A DNA stretch of 63,751 nucleotides, filler included, from Intoshia linei (Eukaryota; Animalia; Orthonectida), in assembly GCA_001642005.1 (NCBI GenBank). It is 5 parts of 5 records of this genome, joined end to end, with 100 filler letters (N's around TTAATTAATTAA, not from the genome) between each part and the next. Parts side by side here need not be neighbours in the genome. Positions count along the whole stretch, not along the records: positions 1 to 30,109 come from LWCA01000370.1; 4 more parts are not named here. The stretch is one strand, 5' to 3'. The notes below the pieces were generated by a model. That model ran no database searches and was not told the DNA's origin. It saw only the letters and a program-made list of their open reading frames with translations. A program made the translations under genes and the position numbers. Shown piece after piece: positions 1-12,130 of this stretch. The stretch's first letter is position 1. Each line of letters opens with the position of its first letter.

Positions 1-220
1 CAATAGTACAAAAAGTAACATATTACTTTTATAACAAATCGTAATCAGTAAAATCCAAAATCAAATGTACGTGTAACAATTAAATATTTCAAAATGTAAC
101 TTTATTAACCTAAAAATTTTTTAATTAGTCAATTAATATGGATAATTTTGGGTACCACCATGTTTGAAATTTGAAACTAATTAACATATCAAAAATTAAC
201 TTTAACTTTTGCTTACCCTA
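1..220 (-). mobile_element. Terminal fragment of the TAGGGCAA-type hAT family (same family as 32923-34167)
   Basis: 177-220 CTAATTAACATATCAAAAATTAACTTTAACTTTTGCTTACCCTA is a diverged reverse complement of the left end at 32923. It is followed by CTTATAAG, resembling that element's TSD. Confidence 0.6.
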
Positions 221-791
221 CTTATAAGCAATTCCGCTTAGAAATTCATTTATATTTTTTCGACCTTGAATATAATCCTCAATCAAATTTTGTAATAGAA
301 TTTTTTGTCTTGGTTTGATTTAAATTTTTAAACTTATTTTTACTGTTTTCTTCATTATGAATTATCATTAATTTTGATCAGTATGAACTGATGTTTAATG
401 AATAATACGTGGCAAAGCGTAATATAATACGTGGTAAATTATAATTGACAAATAAACATTAACAGTTTTAAGTTTGAATTGTTATGTTTTGTTGATAAGA
501 CTTATCATAAGTATTTCATAAATACATAATTAAAAATGTGTGCCATTTTTGTAGAGTACCGGACCAGCTATGCTTCGGTCAAAATTTGAGTTTCAGGTAA
601 AAATAAAAGAAAAAGTTCCTGATGTTAAATGAGCAAATTTCTCATTGATTTAAAGTAATTTCATATTTTTAATCATTAGAAATAATTTTTTTAAGGTTCA
701 AATAAAAATTAACTGCTTTACAGTAAAGATAATATTTGAGTAAAGTTACTCTTTAGTGTGCGCTAACATATAAAAAATATTACTAAAATAA

Positions 792-1121
792 GTGAGATCA
801 GAAATTGAAGTAATAGAACGAAATAGACTTACAAAATCATTTGAAGATGTTACCTACTTTGACCAATTAAATATGTTATTAGAAGTTTGGAATTCTATGC
901 CTGAAACATTTAATAGTCTGAAATGCCTAGCTAAAAGCTATATTAATATATTTTCATCAACATATTCTTGTGAATCGTTATTTTCGACATTAAATAATGT
1001 CAAAAATCATAAAAAAAATAGACTTCACGATGAAACCAGTTTGGCTTGTGTAGTGTTAAAATCAACAAGTTATAAACCTCCCATTGAAAAACTTGCAGCT
1101 CACTTTTTTAAATCTAAATAA
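792..1121 (+). pseudogene. hAT transposase C-terminal dimerisation-domain remnant (Charlie/SPIN-like)
   Basis: FSSTYSCESLFSTLNNVKNHKKNRLHDE matches the hAT C-terminal motif; the N-terminal part is absent. Confidence 0.8.
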
Positions 1122-1340
1122 ATGTAAAAATTATTTTTTTAACTCATTTTCCATCATGTTGTTCGACTTAATTAACGGTTTTGATTGACCTAATATTTTT
1201 TTAATAAAAACACACTATAGAAAAAAATTTCTGAAAATAGTATTAAATTTTACACATTTAGTTTTAGTTGGCTGCCATCACTGTAATATAATAAATTTAT
1301 TTTAATCTAATTCGAAAAAATTTTTATAATAAATTTTATA

Positions 1341-1757
1341 TACTCTCGAAAAGTGACCACATCCCAAAATGACAACTTTTTTAGATGCTATACAAAACTA
1401 TACCAATTTAAATTAAATTTAATTCTAAAAAGTGACTACTAAATATCAAATAAAAACTATCGTACCCCGAAAAAATCTCATTTTCTTCAATTTTTTCAAA
1501 TATCAACTGTAAAGTCCAAATCTTTTGAAAGATTGCTAAGACCTATTTTTGGCCTACAAGAAGTCTCGAGGTGTAGTAGATTTAGCTCTGGTCTCAATAG
1601 TTAGCTATTTAATAAATTTACATTCTCATAAACCAGTGGTTGGTAAAGCGGTCGCTCTTCGAGTGAATATGTAAATTATTGATTTAACTTTCAAAAAACG
1701 TTTTAAACGTTTTCTACTTGTTGCAAAAAAAAGTGGTCACTTTTCGAGTGTTTACTG
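1341..1757. mobile_element. pogo/Tigger-like MITE
   Basis: Inverted repeats CTCGAAAAGTGACCAC ... GTGGTCACTTTTCGAG. The right end finishes GTTTACTG|TA; the left tip is eroded. Confidence 0.65.
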
Positions 1758-2307
1758 TACATGAATTATACAATGAAATTAAGCAAAGTTAAAATTTTAG
1801 ATATAAAAAAATTTTGTTTGTTCGTAATAAAGAAAAAGGTCACGAAATTGTTTGTTCTTCATAAGGTAGTCACGAGGTCAACATATCGTTGTTGTTATAG
1901 GAGTCATATAGGACCACATAGGTTTATTTTAGATTCGTCAGGGTTCTCGATTGGAAAAAACTGTAACAAGGAACAATACATAATATGCTAAACATATTAA
2001 TGTCAACAGGCATTGCATTTGATTAATCTATCATGAATCGTGATATACTACATGTATTGAAAAGATTATTTTATTTTGTTGAAAATGAACCAATAAATCA
2101 AAAAATACCAAGGATACAATTGATGGAAGATTAATTGTATATTGTGCGTTTTAAAAATGATATAAGATACCATTACCATGTTTATCATTAACCTAAAAAT
2201 ATATGCTGTAGTTAAGGTTGAATTGATTGACATATATTCAAGTACTTTATTTGTTTAACTAAGTTACGTAAATTGTATTATACATAAATTTGGTAAAGAG
2301 GAAACTG

Positions 2308-3376
2308 ATGACGAATAATTTAAATTTACTTCGTGAAAGAAAAATGTTTTGCTTCAAAACATCATCATTGTGCATGATTATAGCACTATGTTACATGGTA
2401 AAAAATAATTTTAAAAACTAAAAAAATATATAAGGTATTTGCTATTTTTGATTTGTCCGTATATTTGTCTGAATTTTTTATTCACAAAGATTCAATTTTA
2501 ATACAATCTGATAAAACCTTTTACACACTAAATCATGAAAATTACAGTAATTTTTTCTTAATTTTGAAAAAAAATATCAATACATTTATTTTTTAGCTAA
2601 TGTTTTGTTTGCTCTGTTGATGTTTATGGCATATATTTTGATAATTGTTTTATTTATTTTTGGCTTACACAAAGTACATTATTATATTAAAATATATACA
2701 TGAATTGTAGAGTTTGGCGGCTTATATGTTACCTTTTTTGATGGTTGCTTTAGTCGATTTGATATTTACGTTTGTAACATTTTTTATGGTTCCAAGTAGC
2801 GTTGAAAATATTAAAAAATGGATTCTATATCAGGTAATAATTAAATATATAAATAAATTTAATCATGTATAGACGTGGATTCCTGATTATATTAAACAAA
2901 ATTTGCCATGTAAAAATGTTTTAATGATTTATACTCTTATTTTTTATCTCGTAATTATTACTATGCGGGTAATGAATTAGTGTATTTCTTTTAATTTTAT
3001 ACTTTTAGTTGGTTATTTTAAAAATTTTATGGGACGGTTATTCGTTTATTAGAAAAAATTCAAGAAACAATCCTAGTTTATACAATTATTTTGTTAATTT
3101 TCGTCGCAATGCACGCAGAACATCAACAAATACAACTTCGACTAATGATAATATCGTAAGCAATATATTTATCATATTAATGATCAATTATTCTAGACTT
3201 CTCAAGTATTCATTTCAGAGTCTGATCAACTTCCAGATTATTGCAAAAAAAATTCACAAGGAAACGGACCCAAGTTTTTCAAAAAGAAACGCAGAGTTAA
3301 ATATAATGAAACATCTCCTTCTGTAGAGCCCACGACGGACGGTTCAACACTTCCCACTTATAAAAGATATGAATAA
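2308..3376 (+). CDS. LAPTM4-like lysosomal four-transmembrane protein, 7 exons, 274 aa
   Basis: Exons 2308-2397, 2435-2546, 2597-2673, 2711-2833, 2873-2968, 3009-3155, 3197-3376, all GT-AG (37-50 nt introns) and frame-consistent. Four hydrophobic segments, GLHKSLAAYMLPF and ILWDGYSFI (LAPTM4-like), and C-terminal PY motifs LPDY and LPTY. Confidence 0.8.
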
Positions 3377-3693
3377 ATCAGCATACGTAACTTAGTGTAA
3401 CGATATTTTCATTTTATCTGTAATTAAATTTTCACGTCGATAAGTTATCTCAATTGTGATTGACTGGCTTCGTTTTTAGGTAAATCGATATACATTATAA
3501 ATTTTTCAGATAATGTTTGCTAGTGATTACTACGATCACTCAGTATGTCTTTCAACATATTCGTGTATAGTAACACATCCAAACTCATTTTTCAAATAAA
3601 ATAAAATACTAATTTAATCTCTATATTAAATTAAAATTATTTACTAAATATATTTCTCTTGATTCAATTTGCAACTACTCAAAACAATTACTA

Positions 3694-6600
3694 ATGGAAT
3701 CTAATAAGGAATATGAATACGACTACCTTATCAAATTACTCGCACTAGGTAATGGCTAATTGAACTATAATGTATAGTTGGATAATAGGTGACTCTGGAG
3801 TAGGGAAAACTTCGTTTTTGTATCAATATACAGATGGAATATTTAACGAAAAGTTTATATCTACAGTTGGAATAGATTTTAGAGAAAAGAGACATGTAAT
3901 ATTTTTATAAAATGTGTAATTAATTGGTACAAGAAATTATTGATTAAATAATCCAACTAAGTAAGGTGTGTCGAATATTTTTAAAGAATTCAGTAAATGC
4001 TAGTTTTTTGACTTTTATAATATGTAAATGTGTCATTAATTGCTCAACTATATTGCTTTATAAGAGTTTAGATTTTAAATCGCGATTACTATCTTGAGTC
4101 AAGGATATGAGATTTATTGGTAGTACAATAAATAGTGATCTCGTATATCGATAATTTTCTAACAACTAGTTCCCAAATTAATAGCGCAAATACTTGCGAC
4201 ATTTCTAATTTGTTTTATGTCCAATCTGTACCTACTTGTGCCGAGGAGAGGTCTTTATATTTAACTGAAATAAATTCAATAATTTACATGTGATCTGTGA
4301 ATTACAACATACATTACAGACTATTATTATGTATTACTATTATTATAAAATGTTCGTTTTGAATCATATTGATTATAATATTACATTACTAATGTAGTAT
4401 TTTAAATCAATTAAAAAAAATTTAATATTATGATTGTACAAATTTATATTATCGTAATTATCGGCATTCTAATGAAAGACAGTTTATTTATTGGTAGAAA
4501 GTAACTTGTTATTTTCTACATTTATAATCATATTAAAATAAAGTTTACTTTATATTGAAAACGAAAATCGATAGTTACAAAACTTTTAATATTGTTAAAA
4601 GTAAATTTTAATTGCAATGATTAGCAACCTTATTTTTGAATTTATCTAAAGTGGCCAGAAAAAATACGTACTATCAATTTTAGTTTATTTAGCGTTAAAT
4701 GTAAAGCCAAAACTACTTATCTATGATGATGAATAAAAATATTCGCTTTAAAATTTATTCCAAATAAACTAAAAGTGATAGTACGTATTTTTCTGGTCAC
4801 TTTAAATTATCAATAAATTAAATGTCCAAAATATGGTTACATGCAAATTTTAGCCAGATTTAAATTGAAATGAAGATGTTAAAGATTTTCAATTTTTTTT
4901 TAATTAGCTAGAATCGAGTCTATACTTTGAAAATTAAAGTAATATAATTGTAGTAATGTTTTAAAACCATAATATTATTTATTATTAGGAATAAATAATT
5001 TAAATTGCAGAAAAAAATAAAATTCTAAATACCTGTAGTACTTTCTATCATCATAATCTGATGAAATATCATATTCAATATCCATTTTTAATTAATAAAA
5101 AATATTAGCTATCAATAATTGACATATTCAGCCCATTATAAAATATTTTTCAATGAAGGAATGTTACAACATTCAAATACATATCATTAAATAAATACAT
5201 AACAACATTGTATATAATGTTTAACTCTTATGTATAGTATACATAAGGGTGCCACGTTTTAAGAAAATTTGCTTATTTTCTCGACTCTTAGCACTTAATA
5301 TATTCAAATATATAATATCATCATCTCAAAATACACAAATTCAAATATGATAATAAAGGAACGTTTTTTAATGTTTACAAAATTTTGATGGGATAACTGA
5401 AATTTGATAATATTGAAATCTCAAAAGTATCACAGGTGTTTAAAAAATATATGTAACGATTACTATATTCAAATATACTCTAAGCTCATTTTCAATTTTG
5501 AATGGATAAAATTTCTATGGAATTACAATAATTTGATTAACTTGTAATTAATTAATACAGTAATTATGTCCTATAGATGTTTGATCCTATGTAAATCTTC
5601 ATTAATTAAACACCTTACACTTGATTAACAAATTTCAATTTGTTTCAAACAGTTAAAATAATAGTAGTGTCAATGCATAAGATTGAATTGTTACACATTA
5701 ATATTGTTTCAAATTTATTTTTAGCACATTAATTTTTGAGATTGAAATCCCGATTTTGTATTCCAAATATATATAAGTTATTATTTATAGTTCACTAGTA
5801 ATCTTTTTAAAATTAAAATTCAATTCAATGCAAAAATGTTAAAATAATAGTTATGTATATTACATACATACATCTTTTACCAAAAATAATCCTAACTTAT
5901 ATATCCTACGCGATTTTTGTTTGTGTGTGTGTGTTCCACGTTATTTAAATAACTACCAGTTTTAGAATTTTATAAAGTACATATTTCAATTAAAGTTGTT
6001 TCCGGGGGTGTTAGCAAAATAAATTTCAACCTCCCAAACTCACATCTTACGGGTCAAAACCCCAGTTGCCCCTCTTTTTGAAAATCAAACGAGTTGGAGA
6101 ATTTAAAAAAATATATACGCTGATGCGGACTTTAAAATCATGAACATTACCATAAATTTAAATGCTGATGCGGATTTTAAAATCATAAACATTATCATAA
6201 ATTTAAATTTAAAAAAATACACTGATGCGGATTTTAAAATCATAAACATTATCATAAATTTAAATTTAAAAAAATTTACAGGTTGTACAGTTTAAAAAAT
6301 ATATCTGTAAAATAATTTTTATTCAAAAATTTTCTGGCACCCCAAAAACCAGTTTGGCACCCCAGGTTAAGAACCCAAGTGGTAAATAGATTATTAAATT
6401 GTAAATCCCAAAATGTTCATCAAAAAATTGTCAATGTTAAATTTTGACACTAATTGTTGAAAATTTATAATATAAACTCAAATTTTTTGTGGTGCACCGG
6501 TAAAGAATCACTGGTTTAGTCACTAAACTTTAGTGCATAATGAAAATGTTAGTACATTAGTGCACAAAATATAATAAACTGTACAAATATTGAAAAGTTA

Positions 6601-7683
6601 TCTGATAGAAATTGTTCTTATTGACATTTATTACTGTTATTATATACTGTACTATATTGTGAATTTTAGACACATATTTGTGATTCCAGTGGTGAAAGTA
6701 ACAGGGTACTAATGCAACTCTGGGTAATATATTATTTTGATGTATATTAGCTTACATTTATGTTTGTTATATAATACATTCACATTTAACATTTGCGTAA
6801 TTAATTAATTATAATAATAATTAATTGGATTAGATTCTATTTCTATTTATTTTTTAATAATTAATTTATTATAGTTTAAATGTACATGTAGCATAATTTT
6901 TAATAATTTTATATTAGGATACCGCAGGACAGGAAAGGTATGTTTTTATATATGATGCTTTAGTAGTATAATTTAGTGATATATTATTACAGTCAGACAA
7001 TTCAATACAGTCATTTTCGTATTTCTGTATTTATGACAGTATTGAGAGTATAACGTTGTAGCGAATAGATCATGTATACGGCTACTATGTATTAATAAGC
7101 AGTTATATAGTAAAATAATAATAAATGTAGTGGCGGTATTGAGAGGTCTGACTGTAGTTGGATATAGTATAAATACGTTTTCATCAAAATCTCAAATAAA
7201 TTCTAAATATAGATTTCGCAGTTTAACTACTGCATTTTTTCGAGATGCAATGGGTTTTATTTTGATATTTGATTTAACCAGTGAACAATCATTGAATAAT
7301 ATACGAAATTGGATAAGTCAATTACAAGTACATTCCTACTGTGAAAATCCAGACATAATATTATGCGGAAATAAATCTGACTTGACTAAATCACGTCAAG
7401 TTTCAGAGGAAAGTATTAACCGAATTATTGAAGAATATGGGTAAATTTAGAAATAAATGAAAAATGACATTATTTTAGATTACAATATTACGAAACTAGC
7501 GCTTTAACAGGAAAAAATATTGATAGTGTTTTTACCAAAATATTAGACAAAATAATGTTTAGAATGGAAAAGTCAATGGAAAATAAATATATGAATTTAC
7601 CAAACAGTGTAACACATACTCTTTCACCATCCTCATCCAGTAACCTTACTCCAATTACTAAAATTAATAATTGTGGTTGTTAA
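3694..7683 (+). CDS. RAB27: Rab27 GTPase, 6 exons, 222 aa
   Basis: Exons 3694-3748, 3789-3895, 6670-6723, 6918-6937, 7213-7440, 7479-7683. [63 protein letters not shown]-terminal CGC prenylation motif. Confidence 0.95.
5890..6300 (+). mobile_element. Non-autonomous Helitron-like repeat (family A) in Rab27 intron 2
   Basis: Starts A|TCCTAACTTATATA followed by a (TG)n tract. Near-identical copies occur at 29230, 47953, 54743, 56281, 57930 and reversed at about 60640-61110. An internal ~45-57 nt unit is repeated three times (6119-6270). Confidence 0.65.
6990..7154. mobile_element. pogo/Tigger-like MITE in Rab27 intron 4
   Basis: TA|CAGTCAGAC ... GTCTGACTG|TA: terminal inverted repeats with a TA target duplication. 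Confidence 0.75.
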
Positions 7684-9411
7684 TATAAATCTGTAAATTA
7701 AATATTAAATTTATCGACAATTTAATGGTTTTTTATTAATATTGCTTGTCACAGTTAAAATTAATTTTAATTTCAAGTGTGACTTATTCACAATTATAAA
7801 TTGATTTTTGAATATATTCAAGTTTAAATGGTTAATGAATATTTTATTTTTATGTATAATGCAACGAGATATAATTTAGTTTTAGCACGATTTAATCAAA
7901 ACTACATAAACTTAAAATTAATGCATTTAAAGTTTTAAAATAGTAATGAAATATACAACTTAAACAATGTGTAATTAATTGAATGACCTAGGGCTATGTT
8001 ATATAAACATGTAAACTGTTTTAAATAAAACGTAACCGATTTTTTATTTTTCTTTGATGTTATATGTATGTCCTCCAGATAACTGTTTCATCGTTTTATA
8101 ATTAATTAAGTATTAATTGCATTTATTACTGTATTTATAAACTTTATTTAATGTCAAACAGTTAGAGGATAATGAGTAAAAAACAAACGTTCAACACAAT
8201 ACAGTCGACGCTAAGCTTTATTACTTACAAATTTTGTAGTACAAAGTATACAAACTATATGTACTAGCTAGGAATTTTGTATTTTTTACAAACAGTAGTC
8301 AGCTTTGTTGGGAGTGAGAGTTTTCAGAGTATAGTATACACAGTATTTTAACAGAATATTAAATACTATATATCAAAAACGTTCAACAATTTTTTTCAGC
8401 TTTTTTTATACTAGGCCCCATTCAAAATATTACCGTTACGTCGTTTTTTAAAAGTTCGAGCTAATTATAAAATTTATTTAATAGAATTAACAATATTAAT
8501 ATCACTGAGTCTGATGATTCCTACAGATTTCCTTAATATTAGCCATGACACATGAGAATTCTTTACTTTATAAAATGTAATTTCTGCGTATGTTACCGTT
8601 TTATTAAAAAATTAAAAGTCCTAAAATGAGAAAACCTTAATTTCTAATACAGTATTTCGAGATTTAGTGTTGTGAAAAATTTTATTTTTAGAAATTGAGT
8701 TCTTCAAAATCAAAAACTTTTTTTAAATAATTTAAATAATAAAATCAGTACTAGAATTTTAAAGAAAATAAATTCTGGGACTCATTTTAACATCATTAGT
8801 AACAATTCATTTCAATTGTGTAAATCTCAACCTCAAAATTACATCTTCATGATCAAATCGTCAAATTACGCGTTTTTGAAAAAATAGAAAAAGTCACAGC
8901 ATTTTCTAAAACATAAATTCTTTAAAATATTTTTTTAAATCATGGGCATTATCATAAATCACAACCTCAAAAACTTGTAATCAATTCAAAAATCGATTTT
9001 AAAATTAAAAAGTCGGTTCTCGGTAGAATTAGCTACTATTTGTGCTAATTACATAGCAGTCAAGCTAGTATTGTACAAAATTAACATTAATTAATCTAAA
9101 ATTTAGATTCTAAACTTTACATAATTTTAATACATTTCCGATGCCCAACCAAAAACTGACAGGCCCATCAGTGGGCCTAGCCCCACGGTTAGGAACATAG
9201 ATATGCAAAATATCAAATTTTTTCATTTTACAAACAAAATAAAATTAAATTGTTACAATTGTTTCAAAATAAATAGAGAATTTGGGTTTTGACCATGAAG
9301 ATATAATTTTCTGATATTGAAATTTACCTTATGCCGGAAAAAAGTGACTTAGAATGTGCGTTTTTAAATTTTTGGACCGGTTAGTTTTCTATATAAACTC
9401 TTACACACAAA

Positions 9412-10403
9412 CAGGACCGTGGAGTGGCATCAGTAGGCCTAGTGATTGTGATTTCCCGGGAAAAATAAAAAATTTTAAAGACCTTAATTAATTTTAGAAA
9501 CAAAAAAAAATTTAATTAATGAAATTACACGAATCTAGATTGAAATTTACAAATTTAATTAGAAAAAAATTTATTTATTTTTAATTGTTAAAAAAGTGTT
9601 TCAAAATACACATAATATTGAAAGATTCGTCTTTTAAACGCGTTTTACGTTTTGTAACGAAATTAAAAGCAGTAGAGAAATTTCTTTCATGTTGTGTTGA
9701 CGTCGGTTGAACGGTCATAAGGGCTTCCTTTAATTTTAACAATCTTGATGATAGCGTTCTAGTTCGTTACAACTCAATATTTTTCAAAATAATATTGGAA
9801 AAAGAGGATAATTCCCTTAACCGTTAGTAATTTGTGGTTGAAATAAGAGGTTTTTAATAAAAGTATTTGAAAAAGGATATTTTTTCATTAAGAGTTGGAA
9901 AATTAAATTTTTTATTTGTGGTTTGATGAAGTGGATTTTTGAAAAGAATATCGGTGTAAGTCAATTTTTCTATAAGGGCTTGAAATAATATTTTTGATTA
10001 AATTTTATTAGTGGTGGGATTTTTGAAATGGTAAATTTTAAATATTATAATATAATCATATTTTCATAGTAGTAACAAACATAAATCAAATACAGGTTTG
10101 TCTCAATTTTTTTCGGAAAATCCCGGAAAATCGTAAAAATCCAGGGAATTTTATCCCGGCACAATTACTAAATAGGCACTATAAAAAAATTTTACAACTG
10201 AGACGTCTATAATCTGTTGTTTAATTGGTCGTGTTACTAAAAATTAAAAATAACAGTTGACACTACCTAAATCGCATTGGTCATCATAATTCTGACATAC
10301 TTGAGAAATTTTCCAACGTTACCTATTAATAAATTAAAATATTAAACTCCTCATGATTTTAGGCCCGGGTCATATGCCCCCCTAGTCGCTCTTCACGGCC
10401 CTG
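9412..10403. mobile_element. hAT-like MITE (CAGG-ended) hosting a nested hAT element
   Basis: TIRs CAGGACCGTGGAG / CTTCACGGCCCTG; a similar right end occurs at about 55840-55871. The TSD is degenerate. Confidence 0.55.
9440..10170 (-). mobile_element. Internally deleted hAT element with transposase C-terminal remnant
   Basis: TIRs TAGTGATTGTG..CCCGGGA / TCCCGGCACAATTACTA; 8-bp TSD AGTAGGCC/AATAGGCA. The minus strand at about 9590-9720 reads MTVQPTSTQHERNFSTAFNFVTKRKTRLKDESFNIMCILKHFF. Confidence 0.8.
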
Positions 10404-12130
10404 TACATACATGTATTTAACAACCTCTGTTAATATTTTGTATAAGTAAGGAATCCTTACTAAGGATAGTTTATGATCACATCTTCAGTTCATTTAAGCA
10501 TTAGAAACTAATCGATGTATACGTTTTTATTTATTTCATTTCTTTCATAATCTAGACACCACGGAGGTCTGAATTGCATGCGGGCTGTGACACAAATTAG
10601 ATTTTCAAATTTTTAGGTCGATATTGATAAAATTAGATAATTTCATATTGACAACACTTTTGATCAAAATTTTGAAATACTATTATATATTAAAATATTT
10701 CAAATGTTATCAAATTTGTCTTGAGAAATAATATTAAAAAAATATAAAAAATAGCCATTAAAAATATTAAATACGTAAACTTGTAAAAGTGTGCGATTTG
10801 GCTTATTTGTGGCTCAGACTTTGGAAATACTGGATTCATTTTTTGATAAATATTTGAAATTGATCTTTTCGTTTGAATCCATTCAAATTTGTTAAAATTT
10901 GTGAAAATTTGAGCTGTAAAAGTATCAATGATACTACCCTATTGAAAAAATTTTTAACAAGAAACATAATATACATTGTACTGTACATTAGGATATTTAC
11001 TTTTTCAATTTATTCAATTTTCACTTCAAAAACGGTTTAAATAGTCATATAGTTGGTATGAAACACAGTATGATTATATTCTTCTGAATCCAAGTAATTG
11101 GGTTTATTGTACAATGTTAGTTTCAAACAGCGTGAAATCTTGTCATTTTCTATAGATAATACGTTGATTAATTGATAGACACTTTTGACAAAGAGACATA
11201 CAAAAAAATGAAATTTTATGTATATATATAACACATTATCATATATAATTAATTACACGTTTATAAAACATTCATTTTTTTAATTGTTATCCAGTTTACA
11301 AAATTTTAAATTTACTCGCATCTATAATGCATAATAATTAAATTCGTGACACATTATTTAAACATTGAGAGTACAAACAATTCTACTCTCATTTTTTCAA
11401 GTGTTAATCAAAACATCATTTCCAATACTGTTTTCTAAAATTCAATATTCAAGTGGATAAATTTCTTCTAGAACGTTAAAATCCTCTTAAATTTTTCAAT
11501 ATGCAAAAATTGTTTACATCAAAACGTATTGCAAGCAAATTTATCAAGTAGGTGTGTCTATAAACAAAAATGGCATAAAAGTAATGATTAGTGCAAAAAT
11601 AGCCGAATAGTCACTACAGCCATAAAATAACAGACAATCAGTCAGCAAATCAATTAAAACATCAATACGCTAATTAAACGCCATTTTTTGCATTCATTTA
11701 ATAAATTGCGTTTCACATTTCACATTAAATTAAAAGCAGAAGATTCAAATAGGTAAGCATATTTATATAGAGTTACTGCAGTTATATAATATCACTGCAA
11801 GTGCGAGTCTATTATTTAAAATCGATTAATCCATTTCGTATCATAACAAAACCGTCATTGAATTTGTAATTTAATTAACTGCAAAATTTGAGAAACAAAG
11901 ACAAAATATTTTCCATTGATACGCCCCAACTTCCGTTTCCGTTAAGGTTGTTAAAGGATCAATGCTCAGTCAGATAATTATTGTCGTATTTAATATAGAT
12001 AATTATCTGATAAGATGAAAATTAATTTTATTAGCAAATTGCCTTTCCAAATGGCACGCTCTCCAGCAGTTTCTGACACTTTGAAATAAATCCAGATTAT
12101 ATTGTTGTTTATCAATCATTTAGACGAGAA

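Noticed and set aside
6119-6270. Three direct repeats resembling a CRISPR array
   Set aside because: There are no unique spacers; this is an internal tandem expansion of repeat family A in a eukaryotic intron.
11037-11234. 65-aa minus-strand ORF upstream of ROR
   Set aside because: No recognisable motif, and no consistent splice partner was found.
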